From the NCBI GenBank assembly GCA_018992685.1, contig JACVGT010000018.1, forward strand, positions 96,001 through 160,000: DNA of 64,000 nucleotides, in the 5' to 3' direction. The translations under genes were made by a program, and so were the position numbers. Origin of the DNA: Theionarchaea archaeon. Lineage in GTDB: Archaea; Methanobacteriota_B; Thermococci; Methanofastidiosales; SZ-28-30. Below, piece by piece: positions 9,936 through 18,202 of this stretch. Each line of letters starts with the position of its first letter. The first letter of the stretch is position 1. The notes beneath the pieces are model-generated. The model had not been told where the DNA came from. It worked only from the letters and a program-made list of their open reading frames with translations, and did no database searches.

Positions 9936-11525
9936 ATGTACAAGCTTCTCATTGGTGACTGGGTGGAGACAGCTGATAGAGGTCTGGCCCTCCGGGCAGA
10001 TGACATCATAAAAGATCCAGGCATATCCATTGCATACTATCTCAGAAAAGTTCCTGCTTATCAGAAACTGCTCTTGCGGCTGGCCTCTGGGTTCTTCACG
10101 CCCAAGAGTGCAGAAGAACGATATGCGGTCAAGTACATCAGGAAGCATGGTATTCCCCACTTTGATGAGAGCGCAGCCTATGCAGAGTTCTGTATTGCTT
10201 CTCAAAAAGAAGTCCAGGATTCTATCAAGGTGTCACGGTCCTGTGAACAGGACGTGAGGTCAACCTCCATAGAGAAAAGAAAGGAGATTTTGTCCAGAAT
10301 TGGGGAGGAATTCAAAAACCACAGGAGAAAAATTGAAGAGATCAGCGTTGCAGAAGGACATCCCCAGAAAATGCTGGACTGGGAATACAGAGAATCGTCT
10401 ACCTTTTTTACAGATGACATGTTGTACTACCTTGGAGAACAGATCAGCCCCAAGAACCTCAATGGAGATTCGTTGCTGAGGACTCCTTTCGGTTCAGTGG
10501 GATTGGTCACTCCTTATAATGCAGCTACAACTCTGGGAATTTTGAATATTTGCTGTTCTTTCATTTCGGGGAATTGTACTGTGGTGAAACCCCCCTCTAT
10601 GCTACCCATTTCAACCCTCTACATTTCTGAAATGATGTATAACATATTCCAGGAATACGCCATCAACCCACTGTGCACAACGGTGGCTGAGTCAAAAATG
10701 TGTGTCACCGAATGGATCAACGGGCTGGACTGTATCATATTCTACGGATCATCTGAAAGCGGTGTGCAGATTGCAGCAAAGGCTGTGAAAAACTACAAGA
10801 AAGTAATTCTGGAGATTGCTGGAAGCGATGCCACACTCATATGGGAAGATTCCGACCTGGAGAGGGCCATCCAGGATGCTGGGAGGGCACGATTTCTCGG
10901 GTCAGGCCAGGCCTGCATTGCCACCAAGCGGCTGTTTGTGCATGAAAAGGTGTATGATGAGGTGGTCTCTGCCCTGACCAGATATGCAGAGTCTTTGCAG
11001 ATTGGACTGCCTTCAGATCCCCGGACTGATATCGTCCCTACAGCCATTGAGGCTCTGGAAAATGTCGAAAGATACGCTGCAGATGCTCTGGAACAGGGGG
11101 CTCAGGTAGAGTGCGGTGGTCACAGAGTAAATCACAAAGGAGAACCGGACGATTTGGGACTCTATTTTGAACCCACCATCCTCTCGGGATGTGATACTTC
11201 TATGCTGTGCATGCAGGAAGAAACCTTTGGACCACTCCTGCCTGTCTGCAAGGTAAAGAACTTAGAAGAAGCTCTCACCAAGATTAACCAGTCCAAATAT
11301 GGGCTGAGGGCCTCTGTGTGGTCTGAAGATGAGAATGTCACAGAATCCTTCATAGAGAAGGTGGATACAGGGGGAGTGATGGTCAATGATGATCATCTGC
11401 TCTTTACCTCCCGATTGCCACACCTGGGAGGCGTGAAGGCCTCTGGCATCATCGGTTCCAAATACTTCAACCTGGAGCTGACGTACATGAAATATGTTCA
11501 CAGGAGGGGGCCAACCCACGGGTGA
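9936..11525 (+). CDS. Aldehyde dehydrogenase family protein with N-terminal insertion
   Basis: VTPYN, VVKPP, FYGS, ILEIAGSD (catalytic Glu), SGQACIA (catalytic Cys), EETFGP; start MYKLL about 25 nt after TTTAAA. Confidence 0.9.
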   Translation: MYKLLIGDWVETADRGLALRADDIIKDPGISIAYYLRKVPAYQKLLLRLASGFFTPKSAEERYAVKYIRKHGIPHFDESAAYAEFCIASQKEVQDSIKVSRSCEQDVRSTSIEKRKEILSRIGEEFKNHRRKIEEISVAEGHPQKMLDWEYRESSTFFTDDMLYYLGEQISPKNLNGDSLLRTPFGSVGLVTPYNAATTLGILNICCSFISGNCTVVKPPSMLPISTLYISEMMYNIFQEYAINPLCTTVAESKMCVTEWINGLDCIIFYGSSESGVQIAAKAVKNYKKVILEIAGSDATLIWEDSDLERAIQDAGRARFLGSGQACIATKRLFVHEKVYDEVVSALTRYAESLQIGLPSDPRTDIVPTAIEALENVERYAADALEQGAQVECGGHRVNHKGEPDDLGLYFEPTILSGCDTSMLCMQEETFGPLLPVCKVKNLEEALTKINQSKYGLRASVWSEDENVTESFIEKVDTGGVMVNDDHLLFTSRLPHLGGVKASGIIGSKYFNLELTYMKYVHRRGPTHG

Positions 11526-11657
11526 GTAACAGCTCGCATTGCCATTCACCAATCGAGAGAGCCCAGATAGCACAACAACCTCCCTCTTTTCTACTCATTG
11601 ATGAGTATTTACCCAAACGTATTTAAAAAGACAATCCAACCTCATTGCGGTGATCCA

Positions 11658-12299
11658 ATGGACATGGAAACATTGATCCCAGAACTGGCAGTAATTGTAA
11701 TCATTGTACTTCTGGGAATTGTATTGAGGAGATATGTAAGTAAACAGAAAATCACGGTAAAACACATTGTCTTCGTGGGTATTATGTCAGCTATGGGTAC
11801 CGCTCTGGCGGTGGTCTCTTTTGTGCCTATAGGACCTAATATCAATGTAGATTTCTCTCATATTGGGACGTTCATTGTGGCTATTGCTCTTGGGCCTTTC
11901 TATGGAATGATTACTGGTGCACTAATTGGAATTTATCCCATGACCGTATTTGGGAATGTACTTGTGCCTCCAGGCAAAGCCTTAACCGGGCTCTTCGTCG
12001 GGTACCTGGCCATGAAGTTGAATCTGATTGGCAGGAATGGTACTGAAAAGCCAGCTGAAACTGGGAACAAGAGAATACCACGAATTGTGCCTACAGTTCT
12101 GGCAGGCTGGATCCCTGAAGCAGTGTTTGTGTTAATCACCATGGGAATTGTGGGTATTCCCTATCTCTTGCCCATGCCTGTGGTGGAAGGAATCCTGGTC
12201 AAAGGGGTAGCAGAGATTCTGCTGCTGGGCATAGTGTGTGAAGCTCTATTTGCCAGTAAAGCGATAAGAAATGCCCTTAAGTCGTTTAGAAACCACTAA
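11658..12299 (+). CDS. ECF transporter S-component-like membrane protein
   Basis: VDFSHIGTFIVAIALGPFYGMITG pattern; about 6-7 TM helices; SD GGTGA before ATG 11658. Confidence 0.7.
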   Translation: MDMETLIPELAVIVIIVLLGIVLRRYVSKQKITVKHIVFVGIMSAMGTALAVVSFVPIGPNINVDFSHIGTFIVAIALGPFYGMITGALIGIYPMTVFGNVLVPPGKALTGLFVGYLAMKLNLIGRNGTEKPAETGNKRIPRIVPTVLAGWIPEAVFVLITMGIVGIPYLLPMPVVEGILVKGVAEILLLGIVCEALFASKAIRNALKSFRNH

Positions 12300-12361
12300 T
12301 CTCTCTTTTCTTCACCTTTTTTTGGCCGTGCTTTTTACCTCCACAGCTTTATTAGCTGTGT

Positions 12362-13177
12362 GTGCCAGTGGAGAATGTGATACTGGATCATCCATGCTTT
12401 GATGAGAAAGCACACTTCCTATATGGGAGAATCCATCTCCCTGTGGCAAAGAGGTGTAACATTCACTGTACGTACTGCTCTCAAGAAGTGGGAATCTCAT
12501 ATCATGGATGCAGGCCAGGGGTAGCTGAACGAATATTGACCCCTCTTGAGGCAATCGAGAGAGTGTCCTTTCATATGAGGCCTGAGTTGAAAGTGGCAGG
12601 TGTTGCAGGACCCGGGGAACCCTTGTGCAACAATGAGACCTTTGCAACTCTTGAATTGATTCATGAGAAGTTTCCACATCTCATTCTGTGTGTTGCCACC
12701 AATGGACTGCTGTTGCCTGAGAAAGCTGACCTTCTCGCCCAGCTAGGGGTAAGGACAGTCACGGTCACAGTCAATACAGTCAACGCAGAGACTATTCCAG
12801 AGGTATATCAGCATATCATGGGGAACCCTCCAGAAAAGATGGCAGGACGATTTATTTCCAGTCAGCTGGAAGGAATCGAGGCCTGCGCTGAGCTGGGCAT
12901 ACAAGTCAAAGTGAACTCAGTGCTCATTCCCGGTGTTACAGCAGAGGGAATGAAAGACGTGGCCATCCAGTCAAAGAAGAGAGGTGCATATTTACAGAAC
13001 ATTATCCCTCTCATTCCACTGGCAAACCGTCCGCAACCGAGACCTCCCACATGTGAAGAGCTCAGGTCGGCCAGAGCAAAATGCGAAGAGACACTTCCCC
13101 AGTTCAAACTGTGTGTCCAATGCAGGGCTGACGCAGTTGGAATACCGGGTAAGAGAGAAATATTCATTACAGAGTAA
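12362..13177 (+). CDS. nifB: NifB-like radical SAM protein (no NifX domain)
   Basis: HPCF..AH..GRIHLPVA.RCNIHCTYC, RPGVA..ILTP, AGPGEPL, NIIPLIP, C-terminal CVQCRADAVG. Confidence 0.8.
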   Translation: MPVENVILDHPCFDEKAHFLYGRIHLPVAKRCNIHCTYCSQEVGISYHGCRPGVAERILTPLEAIERVSFHMRPELKVAGVAGPGEPLCNNETFATLELIHEKFPHLILCVATNGLLLPEKADLLAQLGVRTVTVTVNTVNAETIPEVYQHIMGNPPEKMAGRFISSQLEGIEACAELGIQVKVNSVLIPGVTAEGMKDVAIQSKKRGAYLQNIIPLIPLANRPQPRPPTCEELRSARAKCEETLPQFKLCVQCRADAVGIPGKREIFITE

Positions 13178-13326
13178 GTAAAGATAACAGCTAAAGATCG
13201 AATTTTCGCTCTATGTATGGGATAACATAGTCCTATACTTTACATATAGCAATATTTATATTTCGAGAAACGCATCATGATGCTGAAATAAATCTGGATG
13301 TGTGAAACTCAAAGGAGGTGGGCCCT

Positions 13327-13437
13327 TTGAAAAGACGTGGAAGAAGGCCTTTAGTCTGGATGGAATGTCTCGAAAGGAGAGAGTATGTTGCAGCGCGGAG
13401 ATGGGATGCTGCAGAACAGAAAAAGAAAAAGAATTGA
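13327..13437 (+). CDS. Putative 36-aa basic small protein
   Basis: SD AAGGAGGTG 6 nt before TTG; MKRRGRRPLVWMECLERREYVAARRWDAAEQKKKKN; TATA-like TTTATA at about 13255. Confidence 0.4.
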   Translation: MKRRGRRPLVWMECLERREYVAARRWDAAEQKKKKN

Positions 13438-13525
13438 AGTTGGAAAAGAAGCTAAGTAGAAAAATGGTTATAGATAACCCAATGTGACGTGATATATCCT
13501 GATAATCAAAAGGAATCGTGTACAT

Positions 13526-14017
13526 CTATTGAGTTATCTTCGAGATCTCTCTCAGTATTTCCTCCACAACCAGTGGAATTGCAGCAGAAACTCTTTCTGA
13601 TACTGTTGTGGCTGGTTCTATTTTCTCAGGCTGAACGGCAATGATTTGCATGATTTCCGGCGCTTCTCCAATCCTCTGGGAGAGAGTTATGACCTCCATC
13701 AAATCCAGCTGGTGCAGGGAATATTCGATCCCTCGTAGCGATCGCACTTCTTCGGGCAGAAATACTCTGACTTCTCCAGGAATTCCTCCAAAATCCACAC
13801 AATCGATGAAGATAACGTGAGCATAATCCTTTATTACGTGTAAGAGTGCCATCCCTCCTGTCCCCCCATCAATCACATCGACACCTGGAGGCAGGGATTC
13901 CCTTTGAAGAGCCTTGAGAACAGCGGGGCCTGCCCCATCATCTCCCATGAGTTCATTTCCAAGAGCAATGACTGCAATTGCAGGTGGTTGAGGTAGTTCA
14001 TCCCTTTTCTGATTCAT
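13526..14017 (-). CDS. [NiFe]-hydrogenase maturation protease (HycI/HybD family)
   Basis: LGNELMGDDGAG, DGGTGG, IDCVD, SLHQ motifs; downstream of large subunit. Confidence 0.93.
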   Translation of the reverse strand: MNQKRDELPQPPAIAVIALGNELMGDDGAGPAVLKALQRESLPPGVDVIDGGTGGMALLHVIKDYAHVIFIDCVDFGGIPGEVRVFLPEEVRSLRGIEYSLHQLDLMEVITLSQRIGEAPEIMQIIAVQPEKIEPATTVSERVSAAIPLVVEEILREISKITQ

Positions 14018-14166
14018 TATCTACGGTGTAGCCAGAACAAAAATAAAGGTTTGGAAAAGATGTCTGATCACTGCAATATGCCCAGAAATCCACGCTAACC
14101 CAGGACACACAGAACCGCAATACAGTAAATAGAGAAAAGAAGTAAAAGAGAGTGCGAAAGAAACCT

Positions 14167-15459
14167 TCATGTGAATTCTACGGTGAGATAATGTGTTGAA
14201 CACGATATGCAGGGATCATAGGCTCTGACCAGCATTTCCAGATTCAGTTCAATTTCCTTCTCTTCCAGATCAAGGAGTGTGGGGACAAAGGCTTCTAAAT
14301 CCAGGTTAATGTTCTTGTGATTCTGATTGGATGGTATGATACAATTGGCTTTGGTACAGAATCCCTGATCATCATACGTGTAATCGTGGAACAAGATGCC
14401 GCGAGGAACCTCAATGGCTCCGACACCGCGTCCTGCCTTCACTGTGTAGGTTGCTGTCTCATTCTTCAGGTCTGTGTCTAAAATGGCGTCTAGTAACCTG
14501 ATGGAATCCTCTACAGAATGATAGTACTCAACAAGCTGAACAGCATTGTTCATGAAGGGGTTGCAGTTGATGGGGCTGAGTCCGAACTTCTGTGCCCACG
14601 CCTTGGCTCCTGAGGTCAGGTTCGCTGCATTGAGATTGAACCGGGCCAGAGCTCCAACCATATAGGATTCCCGGGCGTGTTTGGCAAATTTGGCCGTTGA
14701 GTAGGGCACCATGTACTCATTGGCGATTGACTCATAGTCGGCCACAGCGTGAGTACCCGTATCTGTGGAACCAATGACTCCATCATATAATGCATATTCT
14801 GTGTCACTGGTGAGCCCGATGTACTCTGTCTCTCTGGTGAAATCAGGAAGTAGATGCAGATTATCCATTAGCAACTGGTTGACCTCGTCGCACACAGGCA
14901 GAACGCTGACGAGTCTATCTCTCAAGGTGGAAAGTTCTTTCTCCGAAGGTATCTTGGTAAATCCGCCCACCATCAAGGTGATAGGATGTGTAGTTCTGCC
15001 GCATATAAGGTCCGACATCTGATTAGCCAGCCGGTGAAGGCTCACGATCTTCAAGACAGCATCAGGGTGAGTCTCGATCAGCGGGAACACACTCCCTTTT
15101 CGAAACAAATCAGGAGCTACCAGATACCCCACGTGGAGAATGTGGCTTTGCATGTTCTCTGCATGGAGAGCAACCTTTCTCAAGAGTTCAGTCTCATCAC
15201 TGATAGTAACACCCATTGCAGCCTCAGTGGCTTTTAGCGAGCATAATGCATGGCCAATGGAGCAGATCCCACATATCCGAGACATGACATGTGATACCTG
15301 ATGGTAGTGCCTCCCTCTCACAAATGATTCAAACATGCGAGGGGCTTCAGTGACCTGCCACTGGACCTTCTCTACAATTCCATCTCTGGCGTTCAGAATA
15401 ATGTTGCCGTGACCTTCCACCCGCGTGAGATGATCTACCTTAATAGCAATTTCACTCAT
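14167..15459 (-). CDS. hydA: Group 3b [NiFe]-hydrogenase (sulfhydrogenase) large/alpha subunit
   Basis: TRVEGHG, L1 SRICGICSIGH, EVPRG, L2 RAYDPCISCSTH plus cleavable tail YLTVEFT. Confidence 0.93.
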   Translation of the reverse strand: MSEIAIKVDHLTRVEGHGNIILNARDGIVEKVQWQVTEAPRMFESFVRGRHYHQVSHVMSRICGICSIGHALCSLKATEAAMGVTISDETELLRKVALHAENMQSHILHVGYLVAPDLFRKGSVFPLIETHPDAVLKIVSLHRLANQMSDLICGRTTHPITLMVGGFTKIPSEKELSTLRDRLVSVLPVCDEVNQLLMDNLHLLPDFTRETEYIGLTSDTEYALYDGVIGSTDTGTHAVADYESIANEYMVPYSTAKFAKHARESYMVGALARFNLNAANLTSGAKAWAQKFGLSPINCNPFMNNAVQLVEYYHSVEDSIRLLDAILDTDLKNETATYTVKAGRGVGAIEVPRGILFHDYTYDDQGFCTKANCIIPSNQNHKNINLDLEAFVPTLLDLEEKEIELNLEMLVRAYDPCISCSTHYLTVEFT

Positions 15460-16238
15460 TGTTCCACCTCCGCCTTGGCTTTCTCCTCAATGTACCGGTA
15501 GGTAAACATGGATTTCAGCTGCATGATCTGTTCTGCAGATATCTCGTACTTCTCCAGAACCTCAGTGTGGGCATCCTCTTCGGGGTGAGTGACATACCCG
15601 CGGCAAGCTTCACATTCACTTCCGTGGGTAGGACAGATTGCGCCACACCCTGCTCGAGCTACCGGGCCCATGCAGACTCTACTCAACTCATAGAGGCACA
15701 CATTCTCTTTCTTTTTACAGTCCACGCACACAGGATAGTCAGGAATAGGGGGTTTCTTACCCTGCAGCAAAGCCGCCAGCACATTGCAGAACTCATCGCG
15801 ATCTATGGGACATCCCGGGATATACACGTCGACTGTGACCACTTCATCCAAGGCCTTAGTTTTGAAATTGGCAAAATATGGGTTGTCATTGAGGGCCGGG
15901 TCCTTGTCATAGACTGCGGCGATGCTTTCCTCAACAGGCCACTGGTTGACCATTCTCTGAACACATCCGATACAGGCACAGGCCCCCAGAGCCACCAGTA
16001 CCTTGGCATTTTTTCTGATTTTCTTTAACCGTTCAACGTCCATGGGGCGCATGATAGATCCTTCTATCACTGCAATATCATAATCATCAGAGTGTTCTTT
16101 CATCACTTCCCTGAAAGAGACGATGTCTACAAGCTTCGTTACATCGATGACTGCCTCTTCGAGGTTTGCTATCTGCAACTGACAGCCTTCGCAACTGGCA
16201 AAGTCAAAGAAGGCTACCCGTGGTTTTTGTTTCTTCAT
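15456..16238 (-). CDS. hydD: Group 3b hydrogenase small/delta subunit
   Basis: FASCEGCQ, ALGACACIG, IPGCP, PVCVDC, CMGPVARAGCGAICP..C.ACRG; ATGA overlap and GGAGG SD. Confidence 0.92.
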   Translation of the reverse strand: MKKQKPRVAFFDFASCEGCQLQIANLEEAVIDVTKLVDIVSFREVMKEHSDDYDIAVIEGSIMRPMDVERLKKIRKNAKVLVALGACACIGCVQRMVNQWPVEESIAAVYDKDPALNDNPYFANFKTKALDEVVTVDVYIPGCPIDRDEFCNVLAALLQGKKPPIPDYPVCVDCKKKENVCLYELSRVCMGPVARAGCGAICPTHGSECEACRGYVTHPEEDAHTEVLEKYEISAEQIMQLKSMFTYRYIEEKAKAEVEQ

Positions 16239-18202
16239 GTGAACGCCTCCGGGAGGTTCTTGATCTCGCTGTACTTGAACACTGGTCCCTCCTTGCAGAC
16301 ATAGACTCCATTCATCTGACAGTGGCCACACTTTCCCACACCGCACTTCATACGCCTTTCCAGAGACACGATGATGTTCTCTTCAGGCATGCCTCTGTTC
16401 ACAAGGTCACGTATCACGAACTTGTACATGACAGGAGGACCCACCACGAAAGCAATAGTGGTTTTTGGATCAAACGTAGCCAGAGGGATCAAACAGGTGA
16501 TGAGACCTACTTCACCCTCCCAGCATTCTCCTTCGGGACAGGAATCTACTGATCTCAGATGGGTAACATCGTCTCTCTTGTCCCATTCTGTCACTTCCTT
16601 AGAGAAGAGAAGTTCGCATGGCTTCTTGCATCCGTACAGAACGGTGAGTTCCCCGAAATCCTGCCTGTGATCCAGGACATAGTTGATGAGTGACCGTGTG
16701 GGAATAATCCCAATGCCACCTGCAATAACCAGGAGGTTCTTACCCTCGAGAGCCCTAGCACCAAACCCAGTGCCAAAAGGACCTCTAATTCCTACCTTGT
16801 CTCCGGGGCTCAATTCGTGCAGTCTCGAGGTGACGTCTCCCACTTTTCGGACTGCGAGCTCGAAGGACTTTGGTCCAGGGGCTGAAGACACAGATATGGG
16901 GGCTTCGCCATATCCCATAATGGACAATTCCACAAATTGACCAGGTTCATGGTCCAGTGTACTCCCATCATCCAGCTCAAGTTCAAATAGCTTCTCCCAC
17001 TCTGATAGGTGCTCTACCCTCTTGATTGTGGCAGGACGGGGAATATACAAGTCCCTGTCTGTGGAACTGAGAGCTGGTCCTTTTGCCGTGATGGGAGAGA
17101 CAGGATGCAGTACGGGTCTTTCTTCCAGTTCGCGAGAGCTTTCTGTTATCATGTTAAAGAGGGTGACAGGGTCTGCAATGTCAGGAATACACTGGGTGGA
17201 ACAGCGACCACACCCAACGCATGCCACAAAGTTGAGTCTTGCAGGGAGATATTCTCCTTTGCGGCGGAACCTGTGTCTGTATCTATCTATCCTCTTCTCT
17301 CTGAAGATTTCGCCTGAGCCCACTTGTGTGAACCCGCGTAGCATGCAGCCGTCCCATGTCCTCATCCTGCTGCCAGTCTTCATGTCCAGGTGCATCTTGT
17401 CACTGACATCATAGCAGAAACAGGTGGGGCACACACTGGTGCAGGTTCCGCACGAGAGGCACTTGTCTGACTGGGTTTTCCACGCTGGGTTATCATGATT
17501 TCTCTGCAGGAGATGAGACCACTGTTCCGGAGGTGTTTTTAGTCCTCTCCTCGCAGCTGCTGCAGCATGTTCTCTCTTTCTTCTGACTTTGTCTGCCTCT
17601 TCCGGCGTGGCATCTCGAGTATGTACTTTCGCTATCAGGTCTGCTCCTGCTTCTGTGCCAACCTCAAGTGCCATGACATCTTCAAGGTCAGTAAGCATGA
17701 GATCAAACCCGGAATCTACAATACCAGTTCCCATGTCACCGAAAAACGCCTTCTCTGAAACATTCGCAACAGTTACACCCACAATCAAGGTATTCTTCCG
17801 CCTCCTGACATAGAGATCGTCCACAAAGGAATCTGTGTAGTACGTATCCATCTGTCTGATTGCAACAATATCGTACGGATGAACTCCGATTATGACTCTC
17901 TTTGGAACATCCTCGCTTGCCTGTACCCAAAAGGGCTGAGACACGTCGAAGTGCATCATGGACTCGTACAGGGGCAGGAAGTACTTTTTGGGGGGTATGA
18001 CCGTAACGTCATAATCAAGCCGCAACTCATCGGCTGATTCCAGCGGTCCAAACACGAATTTTGTGTCTTTTGATTTTACGCCATGAACTTCTAGGGACTC
18101 ATCTTCTATGAGTGAATCCAAAAAGGCCGCAAAATCTTTTTTCAACACTATTTTTAACGGATTCTTGTCTGGATTCGGATTATGTTCATTCTTGGTGTTC
18201 AT
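16235..18202 (-). CDS. Fused hydrogenase beta (AsrA-like FeS) + gamma (FAD/NAD(P)-binding, 2Fe-2S) subunit
   Basis: N half: CLSCGTCTSVCPTCFC, CVGCGRCSTQC. C half: PGQF, GEAPISVSS, RGPFG, AGGIG, ERRMKCGVGKCGHC..VCKEGPVF. Confidence 0.9.
   Translation of the reverse strand: MNTKNEHNPNPDKNPLKIVLKKDFAAFLDSLIEDESLEVHGVKSKDTKFVFGPLESADELRLDYDVTVIPPKKYFLPLYESMMHFDVSQPFWVQASEDVPKRVIIGVHPYDIVAIRQMDTYYTDSFVDDLYVRRRKNTLIVGVTVANVSEKAFFGDMGTGIVDSGFDLMLTDLEDVMALEVGTEAGADLIAKVHTRDATPEEADKVRRKREHAAAAARRGLKTPPEQWSHLLQRNHDNPAWKTQSDKCLSCGTCTSVCPTCFCYDVSDKMHLDMKTGSRMRTWDGCMLRGFTQVGSGEIFREKRIDRYRHRFRRKGEYLPARLNFVACVGCGRCSTQCIPDIADPVTLFNMITESSRELEERPVLHPVSPITAKGPALSSTDRDLYIPRPATIKRVEHLSEWEKLFELELDDGSTLDHEPGQFVELSIMGYGEAPISVSSAPGPKSFELAVRKVGDVTSRLHELSPGDKVGIRGPFGTGFGARALEGKNLLVIAGGIGIIPTRSLINYVLDHRQDFGELTVLYGCKKPCELLFSKEVTEWDKRDDVTHLRSVDSCPEGECWEGEVGLITCLIPLATFDPKTTIAFVVGPPVMYKFVIRDLVNRGMPEENIIVSLERRMKCGVGKCGHCQMNGVYVCKEGPVFKYSEIKNLPEAFT

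Noticed and set aside
13302-13487. 61-aa ORF with two CC pairs
   Set aside because: The strong SD lies inside it and points to a different frame (TTG 13327).
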